A DNA stretch of 64,000 bases from an uncultured Clostridia bacterium (GTDB lineage Bacteria > Bacillota > Clostridia > Christensenellales > UBA3700). Numbering within the stretch: position 1 is the first letter of the stretch; each line of letters opens with the position of its first letter. Under the pieces are notes generated by a model that worked only from the letters and a program-made list of their open reading frames with translations, was not told where the DNA came from and searched no databases. Shown piece after piece: positions 1 to 9,995 of this stretch. Both the position numbers and the translations under genes were made by a program. The stretch covers positions 85,183 to 149,182 of the forward strand of contig CAMQWP010000003.1 in NCBI GenBank assembly GCA_947038565.1, read 5' to 3'.

Positions 1-108
1 GATGCGTTTATCGACGTTCTTCGCCCATACGACATCATCGAGCTTGCAAGGTCGGGAGTAAGTGCACTACACCGCGGTCAGTGCGTTATAAAAAGCCTTT
101 GCAAATAA
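1..108 (+). CDS. ilvN: acetolactate synthase small (regulatory) subunit, last 35 codons only (5' part outside window)
   Basis: Frame 1 is open from base 1 and reads DAFIDVLRPYDIIELARSGVSALHRGQCVIKSLCK*. This resembles the conserved ...DAF...ARSGV..L.RG C-terminus of IlvH/IlvN. A hairpin terminator follows. Confidence 0.6.
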   Translation, partial: DAFIDVLRPYDIIELARSGVSALHRGQCVIKSLCK

Positions 109-144
109 TAACTAGCTTCCTTTTACAATTAAGTTAAGATTACA

Positions 145-181
145 AATGCCCGACTTCTTTATGATGTCGGGCATTTTTTTA
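145..181 (+). terminator. rho-independent terminator after ilvN
   Basis: AATGCCCGAC (145-154) pairs with GTCGGGCATT (166-175): 10-bp stem, 11-nt loop, then a T-run to 180. Confidence 0.8.
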
Positions 182-201
182 TACAAATCACGATAAAAGC
201 A

Positions 202-230
202 TTGACAAAATGCTCGATTTATCATATAAT
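202..230 (+). promoter_or_regulatory. sigma-A type promoter for the trpB leader
   Basis: TTGACA (202-207), 17-nt spacer, TATAAT (225-230); both hexamers are perfect consensus. Confidence 0.7.
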
Positions 231-534
231 GAATAAAAGTAGTAGTGATAGGCAAGGGATTTATTGGGCTATTTTATAGGTTTGAGAGATATTTAAGATT
301 TTTCTTCGACACCTATTAGTTATTAGACTGCACAAAACAAGACTAGATTAGAGGAGATTAGTGATATGTATAATGGATATAGCTGGCGTGTTTGACGCTG
401 TTTTAGTTGCATAAGGATATTTTTTCTTTATGTATTTTTTTATTTCAATTATAACTTTAGGTTATGTAAATTAACTTGATTTGCTGACTTTTATATAAAT
501 AACGGCTATTTAAGCCACTAATGAGGATATTATT
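231..534 (+). promoter_or_regulatory. long 5' leader of trpB with candidate attenuator elements
   Basis: About 300 nt lie between the promoter and the trpB ATG. The leader contains a TAG/TAG/GAG/TAG ladder (344-361), a 9-codon ORF with one TGG (366-395), and hairpins at 385-399 and 410-432 each followed by T-runs. Confidence 0.35.
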
Positions 535-1764
535 ATGATACTTAACGATATTAATTTTGAAACATACCACAAAAACTACCCTGACAAAGACGGCTATTTT
601 GGAAAATATGGCGGATCATATTTACCACCAGAGCTAGTTGCTCCAATGCATGAGATAAATGACGCGTATATGACTATTTGCAAGTCGTCTAAGTTCGTAA
701 ATGAGCTTAGAAGAATTCGTAAAGAGTTTCAGGGTCGTCCTACTCCTATCACTCACCTAGAGAGATTATCTACTAAGATAGGCGGAGCTCAAATCTATGT
801 TAAGCGTGAAGACTTAAACCATACTGGTGCACACAAACTTAATCACTGCATGGGCGAGGGACTTCTTGCTAAATATATGGGTAAGAAAAAATTAATCGCG
901 GAGACTGGTGCTGGTCAACATGGCGTTGCTCTTGCTACCGCTGCTGCTTTCTTCGGTCTTGAGTGCGACATCTACATGGGTACTGTCGACATCAAAAAGC
1001 AAGCTCCAAACGTAGCTAGAATGAAAATTCTAGGTGCTAGAGTTATCGAGGTAACTCATGGTCTTCAGACATTAAAAGAGGCAGTAGACGCGGCTTTTGA
1101 TGCTTACTGTTTAGAATATAAAGATAGTATTTACTGTATCGGTTCTGTACTTGGACCTCATCCGTTCCCTTCAATGGTACGTGACTTTCAGTCAGTAATC
1201 GGTGTAGAGGCTAGAGCTCAATTCTTAGAGATGACTGGCGAGTTACCTGACGCTGTAGTCGCTTGCGTAGGCGGAGGCAGTAATGCAATGGGAATTTTTA
1301 GCGGATTTTTAAATGATCCAGTAGAGCTTTTCGGCGTAGAGCCACTAGGCAGAGGTACTAAGCTAGGCGACCATGCAGCGAGCTTGATGTACGGTACAGA
1401 GGGCGTTATGCACGGCTTCAACAGTATCATGCTAAAAGATGAGAACGGTGACCCTGCTCCAGTTTACTCTATCGCAAGCGGTCTTGACTACCCTTCTTCA
1501 GGCCCTGAACATTCTTTCCTTATGGAAAAAGGTAGAGTTAAATATGACGCTATCTGTGATGAGGAGTCTATTGACGCATTTTTCGAGCTTTCAAGAATGG
1601 AGGGAATTATCCCTGCTATCGAAAGTAGCCATGCACTAGCTTACGGCATCAAACTTGCTAAGACCATGAATAAAGGAAGTATACTTGTGAACTTATCTGG
1701 ACGTGGAGATAAAGATCTTGCTCATGTAATTGAGTGCTACGGATTTAGAGACGGGGAGAAATAA
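535..1764 (+). CDS. trpB: tryptophan synthase beta chain-like PLP enzyme
   Basis: 409 aa. Motifs [20 protein letters not shown] and GGGSNAMG are typical of TrpB. A GAGGA RBS lies 6 nt upstream of the ATG. Confidence 0.85.
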   Translation: MILNDINFETYHKNYPDKDGYFGKYGGSYLPPELVAPMHEINDAYMTICKSSKFVNELRRIRKEFQGRPTPITHLERLSTKIGGAQIYVKREDLNHTGAHKLNHCMGEGLLAKYMGKKKLIAETGAGQHGVALATAAAFFGLECDIYMGTVDIKKQAPNVARMKILGARVIEVTHGLQTLKEAVDAAFDAYCLEYKDSIYCIGSVLGPHPFPSMVRDFQSVIGVEARAQFLEMTGELPDAVVACVGGGSNAMGIFSGFLNDPVELFGVEPLGRGTKLGDHAASLMYGTEGVMHGFNSIMLKDENGDPAPVYSIASGLDYPSSGPEHSFLMEKGRVKYDAICDEESIDAFFELSRMEGIIPAIESSHALAYGIKLAKTMNKGSILVNLSGRGDKDLAHVIECYGFRDGEK

Positions 1765-1798
1765 TTCCCTATTTTAACCAAAATAACCTATTTTAAAT

Positions 1799-1837
1799 CC
1801 CTTGTCGCATTATTTTATGCTAGACAAGGGATTTTTT
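1799..1837 (+). terminator. rho-independent terminator after trpB
   Basis: CCCTTGTC (1799-1806) pairs with GACAAGGG (1823-1830), then ATTTTTT. Confidence 0.75.
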
Positions 1838-1921
1838 GGTCAGTTATATTATAATTATATAGACATATTATTATTTATGTGGTATAATTGTATTATTAAT
1901 TTATTATGCATCGAGGTAAAG

Positions 1922-3151
1922 ATGGAGAAAAAATATAGTGCAAAAAAAATAATTAATATGATTATTTTTGGGCTTGCAATTACAATATTTATTACCATGT
2001 TGATAATCTTTTTGACTGGGGATATTAATCAGATCGCTATAAATATAGGAAATATTAATATTTCTTATCTATTAATTGCTATTGCTTTTTTACTAGGGTA
2101 CGCTACGCTTTACCCTTTATCACTATGCATTCTTACACGCAGTAAAAAGTGTGATATCTCTATGCCTAAGACTTATCTGATCGGTTATACTGAGCATTTC
2201 TTTAACGGCATTACTCCTTTTGCTACTGGCGGACAGCCATTTCAAGTATATGCTTATAGTCGTTTAGGCGTCAAAACCGCCGACTCTACTGGTATTATCA
2301 TGATGAACTTCATTATATTCATGTGCGTAACTAATCTTTTTGCACTTGGCTCTCTGTTCTTCTACCCACAACTAAGCGTGGGCGTAAGCAACTTGATAGT
2401 GATGGTAATAATAGGCTTTTCTATTAACTTTTCTGTATTGATTTTCTTTTTCGTAATAGCTACTTCTAAGAAGTTTTCAAGACTTCTTTCTAAGGCAATG
2501 CACTTTCTGTGCAGAAGCAAACGCTTAGCAAAGATCGTCACACCTATCATACCGGCTTTTGAAGAGTATTGCACTCAGGCTCAGTCAGCTTTCAAAGAGC
2601 TCGGAAAAAATGCATTTGCAACTATTTCTGCGTTTGTAATAAAAGCTATTTCTATGGCACTTTACTACTCTATGACTTTTTATGTGCTTAAAGCATTTAA
2701 CATAGATATAGGCTATGATCAGTTCGTGTTCGTCATGTTCTCTACATCATTTGCTATTACAATGAGTGTTTTTATCCCGACTCCGGGTGCAAGTGGCGGT
2801 ATCGAATTTGCTTTCAAAGCTATTTTTGTAGCGATAGCAATGGACGTTTCTCCGTCGATCGCAACTAGTGGTATGCTAGTATGGCGAATGCTTACTTATT
2901 ATCTAATGCTTTTGATAAGTTTCATGTCATACATTGCACTAGAGAAGATCACTAAAACTTACGAGAAAAACCACCCTGCAAGCAGTGAACCTCCAGCTGA
3001 TGATAGCACATTAAATAAAAATGAAACTACTATAATCATACAAGACACTGACATAATATCGGATACCGAGATCAGTGATATATCACAAGACTGCACGCAA
3101 GTATTAATACAAACTTCAGAGTGCGAATGCAAAGGAGAAGCTCATGATTAA
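1922..3151 (+). CDS. polytopic membrane protein, flippase-like / LPG-synthase-TM (UPF0104) family
   Basis: Multiple hydrophobic spans and a GGQPFQVYAY motif typical of the family. Start moved to ATG 1922 (GAGGT RBS), because the ORF-track start at 1802 lies inside the trpB terminator. Confidence 0.65.
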   Translation: MEKKYSAKKIINMIIFGLAITIFITMLIIFLTGDINQIAINIGNINISYLLIAIAFLLGYATLYPLSLCILTRSKKCDISMPKTYLIGYTEHFFNGITPFATGGQPFQVYAYSRLGVKTADSTGIIMMNFIIFMCVTNLFALGSLFFYPQLSVGVSNLIVMVIIGFSINFSVLIFFFVIATSKKFSRLLSKAMHFLCRSKRLAKIVTPIIPAFEEYCTQAQSAFKELGKNAFATISAFVIKAISMALYYSMTFYVLKAFNIDIGYDQFVFVMFSTSFAITMSVFIPTPGASGGIEFAFKAIFVAIAMDVSPSIATSGMLVWRMLTYYLMLLISFMSYIALEKITKTYEKNHPASSEPPADDSTLNKNETTIIIQDTDIISDTEISDISQDCTQVLIQTSECECKGEAHD

Positions 3152-3965
3152 TTTAGTATATTCTGGTAATAATATCGTATTTAAAGGCATATTACTTTCT
3201 ACAATGTCAGTTATAAAGCACTGCAAAGAGCCTATTAACATATTTGTATTATCTATGTCAATGACCGAGTTAAGACCAAAATACACCGCAATTTCAGACA
3301 GTCAAATAGACGTACTAGACAGAGTTCTAAAGCGTGCTAACCCTGAGAGTAGTGCAATATTAATAGATGTGAAAAAGTACCATGAACAGTTTTTTGCAAC
3401 TAGCCCAAACCGCAATACTGAGTATACACCATATTGTCTTAATAGATTGTTTTTAGACATAATCGACGCAGTACCAGATGAGAATGTATTGTATCTTGAT
3501 AGTGATACTATGGCAACAAGTGATGTTTCAGAGCTTTTCAATATGGATATATCTGATTACGAGTTTGCTGTAGCACTAGACTACATGGGCAAGTTTTGGA
3601 TAGCAAGAGACTACTTTAATTCAGGAGTTATGCTACTTAACATGGCTAAGATTCGCGAGACAGGGCTTATGGTAGAATGTAGAAAATTAGTCGCTACTAA
3701 GTGGCTAAAACTACCCGACCAATCCGCACTATACCGCCGTTCTGTGTCTCGACTATATCTTGATGGCAGATTTAATGAGCAACGCGATATAAAGCCTAAC
3801 ACAGTTATTAAACACTTTTGCAAGGGAATAAAATACTTTCCTTTCTTTCATATCTATAACATAAAACAATGGGATTTTGAGAAAGTGCATAATAATTTAA
3901 ACATATTTGATTTTGACGATATTTTCAGCGAGTATGTTCTAATTAAAAAAGATAATCATATTTAA
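3144..3965 (+). CDS. glycosyltransferase family 8-like
   Basis: 273 aa with a YLDSDTM (DxD) motif and NSGVMLLN, as in GT8 LPS/glycogenin-type transferases. The 8-nt overlap with the upstream gene suggests translational coupling. Confidence 0.7.
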   Translation: MINLVYSGNNIVFKGILLSTMSVIKHCKEPINIFVLSMSMTELRPKYTAISDSQIDVLDRVLKRANPESSAILIDVKKYHEQFFATSPNRNTEYTPYCLNRLFLDIIDAVPDENVLYLDSDTMATSDVSELFNMDISDYEFAVALDYMGKFWIARDYFNSGVMLLNMAKIRETGLMVECRKLVATKWLKLPDQSALYRRSVSRLYLDGRFNEQRDIKPNTVIKHFCKGIKYFPFFHIYNIKQWDFEKVHNNLNIFDFDDIFSEYVLIKKDNHI

Positions 3966-4065
3966 CATGATTATCATGTATGTGAGCAAATTATCAAGCA
4001 GGAAATTACTAAGCATAAATATTAAAGCATAAATATTATTTTTACAGAAAAGGAAATATCTTATC

Positions 4066-5442
4066 ATGACTAAACCAGAAGCAAAAAACTTCATTCAAAA
4101 CATAATTTATAATCCCCTATTCATTGTGATACTGGGGCTTATTACTTTCCTTTCTTGGATGACAGATCAAAGCGTTACTGGTATGGTTGCACTACTCCTT
4201 ATCGGATCAGTGATACTTATATTTAATAAAGATATTCTCCCTCTTCTACCGTGTTTGATCTATACTATATACTGCACTTCAAATAGTAATATTCTTTCTA
4301 TAAAATCAAATATTATTATTTTTGTAATCGTTTGTTTGATTTTTTCAATATGCCTAATAGCACACTTTTTTATATACAAACCTAAGTTTAAACTATTTAA
4401 GCTGACCATACCTCTTATACTGGTAAGTCTTGCTTTATTCCTTGGTGGTATTGGTTTCTTATCCTTTAAAGAGTATTTCAAAGGCATTACCTTTATGCTC
4501 TCTCTCGGACCACTTCTACTATTCTTATACTATTTTATCATGTTGTTTTTAAGCCCACCATCGTGGGTAAATGCACGCAATTATCTTTGCTATATTATGA
4601 TTGTACTAGGCGTAGTAGTGCTAGGTCAATTCGCAATGTTCGTAATACGTGCCGATCTTCCTATCTTAGACCTTATCCGTGTAGTCATGGACGTAGGCTG
4701 GGGAAATCGTAACGGTATAGCTATGACTCTTGTACTTTGCTTTCCGTGCGCTTTCTATATTGCTTTTGGCAAGAAACGCATGGCAGTACCATTCTACCTT
4801 CTTAGTTTTATAATGTACTTTGTTGTTATATTTATCTATTCAAGAGGTGGCGTAGTTGCAAGTTCTATCACTATGCTTGCACTTGTAATATACTCTACGA
4901 TTAAAGCACCAAATAAAAGTTATTTCTTTAACAGTATTGCTATCGTCATAATAATATTGTCCATTTTCGCTATTATTAGTCCAGATACCATACTCGCTAT
5001 TATTGATAAACTTACTAGTTTTGATGGTATTGGTAGTAGCGGTAGAGATTCGCTATTTAAAGAGGCTTATAAACTGTTTATTGAAAACCCTATCTTCGGT
5101 GCGGGTGTTGGCTATATTGGAAATATCTTCTCTGTACCAGAGTTTTGCATGTACTGGTTCCACTCTACTCTTTTCCAAGTAATCGGAAATATGGGCTTAG
5201 TCGGTATCATAGCTTACTCTATCTTCTACATCACTAGAGGTATTACAATGTTCAGCTCGCTGAAGCCTTTCAATATTCTTTTGTCAATGGCTATTATAGG
5301 TTTTGAGATTCATTCAATGGTCGATGTCGGGACTTTCAATCCGTTCCCGTTCATGTTCATTATCATAGTGATGTCGGCATTCCTAGAGTATTCAAATTCT
5401 CTTGATCATGTATCGACTGATACTATACAGCTAGCAGTATAG
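4066..5442 (+). CDS. O-antigen ligase/polymerase-like (Wzy_C) membrane protein
   Basis: 458 aa and highly hydrophobic. It has a central SRGG-containing loop and overall architecture like the O-antigen ligase family. Confidence 0.6.
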   Translation: MTKPEAKNFIQNIIYNPLFIVILGLITFLSWMTDQSVTGMVALLLIGSVILIFNKDILPLLPCLIYTIYCTSNSNILSIKSNIIIFVIVCLIFSICLIAHFFIYKPKFKLFKLTIPLILVSLALFLGGIGFLSFKEYFKGITFMLSLGPLLLFLYYFIMLFLSPPSWVNARNYLCYIMIVLGVVVLGQFAMFVIRADLPILDLIRVVMDVGWGNRNGIAMTLVLCFPCAFYIAFGKKRMAVPFYLLSFIMYFVVIFIYSRGGVVASSITMLALVIYSTIKAPNKSYFFNSIAIVIIILSIFAIISPDTILAIIDKLTSFDGIGSSGRDSLFKEAYKLFIENPIFGAGVGYIGNIFSVPEFCMYWFHSTLFQVIGNMGLVGIIAYSIFYITRGITMFSSLKPFNILLSMAIIGFEIHSMVDVGTFNPFPFMFIIIVMSAFLEYSNSLDHVSTDTIQLAV

Positions 5443-5545
5443 AGAATACCAAGTTAAAACAATCAGTACTCAAATTAATTATCATTACTTACCTAACTAT
5501 AAGTTATATAATTGATAGGCTTTTGATTATTAATTAGTACAGTTA

Positions 5546-5579
5546 ATACCCCCCTTGCAAATGCTAGGGAGGTATTTTA
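5546..5579 (+). terminator. hairpin terminator after the glycosylation module
   Basis: ATACCCCCCT / AGGGAGGTAT stem with one mismatch, followed by TTTTAT. Confidence 0.5.
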
Positions 5580-5686
5580 TATGCTATAACTAAATATTAT
5601 ATACTTAATCTTGCTATGATTCATATGCAATATATTATTAATTTTATTGTAATATATTCATTATTATATCATAACTCCGTATGTTT

Positions 5687-5868
5687 AAGTGGGAGGTCGG
5701 CTTTCGCCCACCTCCCACTATTCAGGTTTATTTCGCGTTCGCTGCCGCATTATCTCGCGCTGCGATAATGCTTGGTATATCAAGTGGGAGGTCGGCTCTC
5801 GCCCACCTCCCACTATTCAGGTTTTATTTCGCACTCGCTGCCGCATTATCTCGCGCTGCGATAATGCT
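5687..5868. repeat. tandem duplication (period 95 bp) of the ntpD 3' end plus its downstream hairpin
   Basis: 5687-5772 and 5782-5868 are near-identical direct copies separated by TGGTATATC. Each holds the last 14 codons plus stop of ntpD and an AGTGGGAGGT...ACCTCCCACT hairpin. Confidence 0.9.
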
Positions 5869-6480
5869 CTTAACCTTCATCAATCTAACAATATTACCAC
5901 GCTCGTTTTCGTCAAGTTTCATAGTGATGTCCTTTATTGCCTCAGTAGTCTGAGGTATCATAACATACTCTAACGCATTGACACGTCTACGATTTTTCTC
6001 TATCTCGTAAGCTAGCATGTTTGTAGTCTTCTCGACCTCAGCTAACTTTATAAGTTTCTCTGATAATTTTGATATAACAGCAATAGATGAGTCAAGCTCA
6101 CTCGTTACTGTCGCAAATGAATAAGGATATAAACTCTTAGAATCTGACTTTTTGATACCTATCTTAGGAACATTTACGCTCATTACATTATGCGTTGATA
6201 GCTCCAACTCCATAGATACTGCAGGCATGCTAAGAGCCTCCTCAATAGCAGAACTCTCACTAACAGCCTTAGCCAACATAAAGTTTGTTAATGCCTCACC
6301 TAGCTCCTTTTCCACTTCAAGTCGCACTTTCATATTCTCTTTTGCATATCCAATAAACTGTCTAATCATCTCATCAGACTTATCTTTAAGTAGTTTATGA
6401 CCACGCACAGCAGTCTTACGGCGGTCTTTTAACCGTCTAAGCTCCATTCGTGTTGGATTTACCTTTAACTTCGCAGCCAT
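5824..6480 (-). CDS. ntpD: V-type ATP synthase subunit D
   Basis: 218 aa. N-terminus MAAKLKVNPTRMELRRLK... is typical of V/A-ATPase D. It is the last gene of the ntp operon. Confidence 0.85.
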   Translation of the reverse strand: MAAKLKVNPTRMELRRLKDRRKTAVRGHKLLKDKSDEMIRQFIGYAKENMKVRLEVEKELGEALTNFMLAKAVSESSAIEEALSMPAVSMELELSTHNVMSVNVPKIGIKKSDSKSLYPYSFATVTSELDSSIAVISKLSEKLIKLAEVEKTTNMLAYEIEKNRRRVNALEYVMIPQTTEAIKDITMKLDENERGNIVRLMKVKSIIAARDNAAASAK

Positions 6481-6481
6481 A

Positions 6482-7864
6482 TTACTCCACCTTCATCTTA
6501 TCAAAATACTCTTCAAGATACTTATCACGGATACGCTTCATCTCAGATCTAGGTAGTATTGTAAGCAATTCCCAACCAATGCGTAATGTATCCTCAATAG
6601 ATCTATCAGTATTATTACCTTGAGATACGTATGTTTCCTCAAACTCTTCAGCAAACTTAGCATAAAGCCTATCTACTGGAGTAAGTGCAGCATCGCCAAG
6701 GATAGCAGATAACTCTTTCGCTTCTTTACCACGAGCATAAGCGGCAAACAACTGGTTCATAGTGTCTGCATGATCCTCACGAGTCTTACCTTTACCAATA
6801 CCTTTATTCTTCAGTCTTGATAGTGATGGTAATACGTCGATAGGAGGCTTAACGCCTTTCTTATTTAGCTCACGACTAAGTATAATCTGTCCTTCGGTAA
6901 TATAACCAGTAAGGTCAGGAATAGGGTGAGTTTTGTCATCCTCTGGCATTGTTAAGATAGGTATCTGTGTGATACTACCTTTACATCCACGGATACGTCC
7001 TGCTCTTTCGTACATAGTAGCAAGGTCGGTATACATGTAACCTGGGTAGCCACGACGTCCTGGCACTTCTTTACGAGCGGCAGAAACCTCACGCAATGCC
7101 TCAGCGTAGTTAGTGATATCAGTCATTATAACTAGCACGTGCATACCTTTCTCGAAAGCAAGGTACTCAGCAGCAGTAAGCGCCATACGAGGAGTCGCAA
7201 TACGCTCTACAGCAGGGTCATTAGCTAAGTTCATGAATAGTACAGCACGCTCTATCGCACCAGTCTTACGGAAGTCTTGCATGAAGAAATCAGCCTCTTC
7301 GTAAGTGATACCAATAGCAGCAAATACTACTGCGAATTTGTCATCGTCATTTAAAACTTTTGCTTGTCTTGCGATCTGAGCAGCCAGCTCAGCATGAGGA
7401 AGACCTGCACCACTGAAAACTGGAAGTTTCTGACCTCTAACAAGAGTGTTAAGACCATCAATAGCTGATACACCAGTCTGGATAAACTCATCTGGGTAGT
7501 CACGGGCAGCAGGGTTAATCGGCTGACCATTGATATCAATCCTCATCTCTGGGATAATAGGAGCACCATCGTCACGAGGGTTACCTAGACCGTCAAAAAC
7601 ACGACCTAGCATATCCTCACTAACAGCAAGATCAAGGCTTTTACCTAAAAATCTAGCTTTAGAAGTACTCATTTGAATACCCTGAGAGCCCTCGAACAAC
7701 TGAACTAACGCTTTATCCGCGTGTATTTCTAGTACTTTACCACGACGAAGCTCGCCGTTAGCTTGTATTATCTCTACTAATTCATCGTATTTAACACCTT
7801 CAACACCTTCAACTAACATCAAAGGTCCGACGATTTCTCTAATTGTTTTATACTCTTTTAGCAT
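6482..7864 (-). CDS. ntpB: V-type ATP synthase subunit B
   Basis: 460 aa, non-catalytic nucleotide-binding subunit pattern (…[11 protein letters not shown]…[15 protein letters not shown]…). Confidence 0.9.
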   Translation of the reverse strand: MLKEYKTIREIVGPLMLVEGVEGVKYDELVEIIQANGELRRGKVLEIHADKALVQLFEGSQGIQMSTSKARFLGKSLDLAVSEDMLGRVFDGLGNPRDDGAPIIPEMRIDINGQPINPAARDYPDEFIQTGVSAIDGLNTLVRGQKLPVFSGAGLPHAELAAQIARQAKVLNDDDKFAVVFAAIGITYEEADFFMQDFRKTGAIERAVLFMNLANDPAVERIATPRMALTAAEYLAFEKGMHVLVIMTDITNYAEALREVSAARKEVPGRRGYPGYMYTDLATMYERAGRIRGCKGSITQIPILTMPEDDKTHPIPDLTGYITEGQIILSRELNKKGVKPPIDVLPSLSRLKNKGIGKGKTREDHADTMNQLFAAYARGKEAKELSAILGDAALTPVDRLYAKFAEEFEETYVSQGNNTDRSIEDTLRIGWELLTILPRSEMKRIRDKYLEEYFDKMKVE

Positions 7865-9627
7865 TACATAACTCCTTCAGCAATAAGTGAATCAATTTGC
7901 TTATTCATCTCTACAAGGATAGTGTCGAACTTATCTAAGTTTGACTCTTCTATATACTTACACCTAGACACTGACTCTCTTGCAGGTAGCTCTAAGATAT
8001 CATCTATTTCGATATCTTCGTGAACAGCCTTAAGACCTAAGTCATGGCACTTTAGGATAAGTTTTAGCATTTTGAATTGTTTAGTTAAAGAAGCGTAAGT
8101 ATCTACTTCATGGAACGCGTCCTGATGCAAATAATCCTCACGGATAGACTTAGCTGTCTCCATAGTCATACGGTCAACGGGACTCAATGCGTCCACACCA
8201 ACAAGTCGTACTATCTCATCAAGACTAGCCTCTTCTTGTAGAATTCTAAGTGCACTAGTTCTATAGAATGCCCACTCTTCATCTACATTATCACGGTACC
8301 AGTCCTCTAGCTTATCGCCGTATAGAGAGTAACTTGCTAGCCAATCAATAGCTGGGAAGTGACGCTTATAAGCAAGCGATGCTGAAAGACCCCAGAAAAC
8401 TTTTACTATACGTAGAGTTGCCTGTGATACTGGCTCTGACAAGTCACCACCCGGAGGTGAAACCGCTGATATTGCTGTGATAGAACCTACTCTTTGATCG
8501 CTACCTAGAGCAGTAACGATACCCGCACGCTCATAGTACTCTGCAAGTCTAGAAGATAGGTAAGCAGGATATCCTTCCTCACCTGGCATTTCCTCAAGTC
8601 GACCTGACATCTCACGAAGAGCCTCCGCCCATCTTGAAGAAGAGTCCGCCATGATAGCGACATTATGTCCCTGATCACGGAAATACTCTGCGATAGTGAT
8701 ACCAGTATAAATACTAGCCTCACGAGCAGCAACTGGCATATCTGAAGTATTCGCGATAAGCACGACACGCTTCATTAAAGACTCGCCAGTCTTTGGATCG
8801 ATAAGCTCTGGGAATTCATTAAGAACGTCAGTCATCTCGTTACCACGCTCACCGCAGCCAACGTAAACTATAACGTCAGCGTCCGCCCACTTAGCAAGCT
8901 GATGCTGAACTACAGTCTTACCACTACCGAAAGGTCCTGGAATACATGCAGCACCACCTTTAGCAACTGGGAAGAAAGTGTCTATAACTCTTTGACCACT
9001 GATAAGCGGTTTTGTAGGAGACATTTTAGTCTTATAAGGACGGCTACGTCTAACAGGCCACTTTTGCATCATTGTAAGTTTGCGATCGCCCTTAGCAGTC
9101 TTGACAGTGCAAATGATATCATCAACGGTATACTCACCGCTTTTGATGCTCTTGATTTCACCTTCAACGCCTACTGGCACCAAAATTTTATGTGTAAAAA
9201 CGTTATTTTCCGCAACAGTACCGATGACATCACCAGCGACTACTTTATCACCTTTTGCCATAGTAGGAACGAAATCCCACTTTTTCTCATGGTTAAGCGC
9301 AGGCATAGAAACGCCACGTGCGATCCTGCTACCACTAGCCTCTAGAAGTTTGTCAAGCGGTCTTTGAATACCGTCATACATACCTTCAAGAAGACCTGGG
9401 CCAAGCTCGACAGAAAGTGGCTCATTAGTAGAAACGACTATTTCGCCTGGGCCAAGTCCACTAGTTTCCTCGTAAACCTGAATAGACGCTTTGTCACCTC
9501 TAAGCTCGATAATCTCGCCAATAAGGTTGCTTTTACTTACACGAACAACGTCAAACATTTTGCAATCGTCCATGCCTTCCGCCACGATTAGTGGACCAGA
9601 AACTTTTATTATTCTTCCATCACTCAT
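7864..9627 (-). CDS. ntpA: V-type ATP synthase catalytic subunit A
   Basis: 587 aa. Walker A GPFGSGKT and a non-homologous insert typical of the A subunit. Confidence 0.9.
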   Translation of the reverse strand: MSDGRIIKVSGPLIVAEGMDDCKMFDVVRVSKSNLIGEIIELRGDKASIQVYEETSGLGPGEIVVSTNEPLSVELGPGLLEGMYDGIQRPLDKLLEASGSRIARGVSMPALNHEKKWDFVPTMAKGDKVVAGDVIGTVAENNVFTHKILVPVGVEGEIKSIKSGEYTVDDIICTVKTAKGDRKLTMMQKWPVRRSRPYKTKMSPTKPLISGQRVIDTFFPVAKGGAACIPGPFGSGKTVVQHQLAKWADADVIVYVGCGERGNEMTDVLNEFPELIDPKTGESLMKRVVLIANTSDMPVAAREASIYTGITIAEYFRDQGHNVAIMADSSSRWAEALREMSGRLEEMPGEEGYPAYLSSRLAEYYERAGIVTALGSDQRVGSITAISAVSPPGGDLSEPVSQATLRIVKVFWGLSASLAYKRHFPAIDWLASYSLYGDKLEDWYRDNVDEEWAFYRTSALRILQEEASLDEIVRLVGVDALSPVDRMTMETAKSIREDYLHQDAFHEVDTYASLTKQFKMLKLILKCHDLGLKAVHEDIEIDDILELPARESVSRCKYIEESNLDKFDTILVEMNKQIDSLIAEGVM

Positions 9628-9674
9628 CTTTTAGACCTCTCTAAATCTTATAATCATACGACTAGCTAAGCTAA

Positions 9675-9995
9675 TCAGTCGTTAAACAGAATATCTGTAC
9701 CGACAGCACGCTCGACATCTTTCTTAATACCTTCGATACCAATTCCGCTAGCACCCGCAGAAGACGGGATAGGAATAATCGCTGGATAAGCCTTTGTCTT
9801 GAACTTTGCTATTTGATCGGGAATGCCGACTGCAATCTCTTCAGTGACGAAAATCACCGAATAATTTCTTGCAAGCAACTTAAGCTGTTCTGACGCCTCG
9901 CCTGCGGTATTCGCACTAAAAACGTCCATACCGATAGCTTTAAAGATCAAAACCAAATCGCCATCGCCTAAAACGGCTATCTTCTCTTTACGCAT
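9675..9995 (-). CDS. ntpF: V-type ATP synthase subunit F
   Basis: 106 aa; MRKEKIAVLGDGDLVLIFKAIGMDVF pattern and operon position. Confidence 0.75.
   Translation of the reverse strand: MRKEKIAVLGDGDLVLIFKAIGMDVFSANTAGEASEQLKLLARNYSVIFVTEEIAVGIPDQIAKFKTKAYPAIIPIPSSAGASGIGIEGIKKDVERAVGTDILFND

Noticed and set aside
231-534. T-box riboswitch in the trpB leader
   Set aside because: An AGAGA-like element exists, but neither the conserved T-box sequence (…GGGTGGTACCGCG…) nor a convincing Stem I/specifier architecture could be found by eye.
1802-1921. ORF-track N-terminal extensions of several genes (also 12083-12097, 17153-17215, 23421-23504, 28403-28462, 39703-39810, 42547-42573, 52097-52132)
   Set aside because: In each case an internal ATG is preceded by a good GGAGG-type RBS and begins the conserved N-terminus of the protein. 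The upstream part is AT-rich, lacks an RBS, or overlaps a terminator.
5681-5973. Two overlapping plus-strand ORFs (90 and 94 aa)
   Set aside because: They simply read through the duplicated ntpD 3' end and hairpins, and run antisense into ntpD. Their internal repetition is the DNA duplication itself.
8902-9591. Several 75-147-aa plus-strand ORFs inside ntpA
   Set aside because: They are antisense to a well-conserved catalytic subunit gene, as is typical of shadow ORFs.
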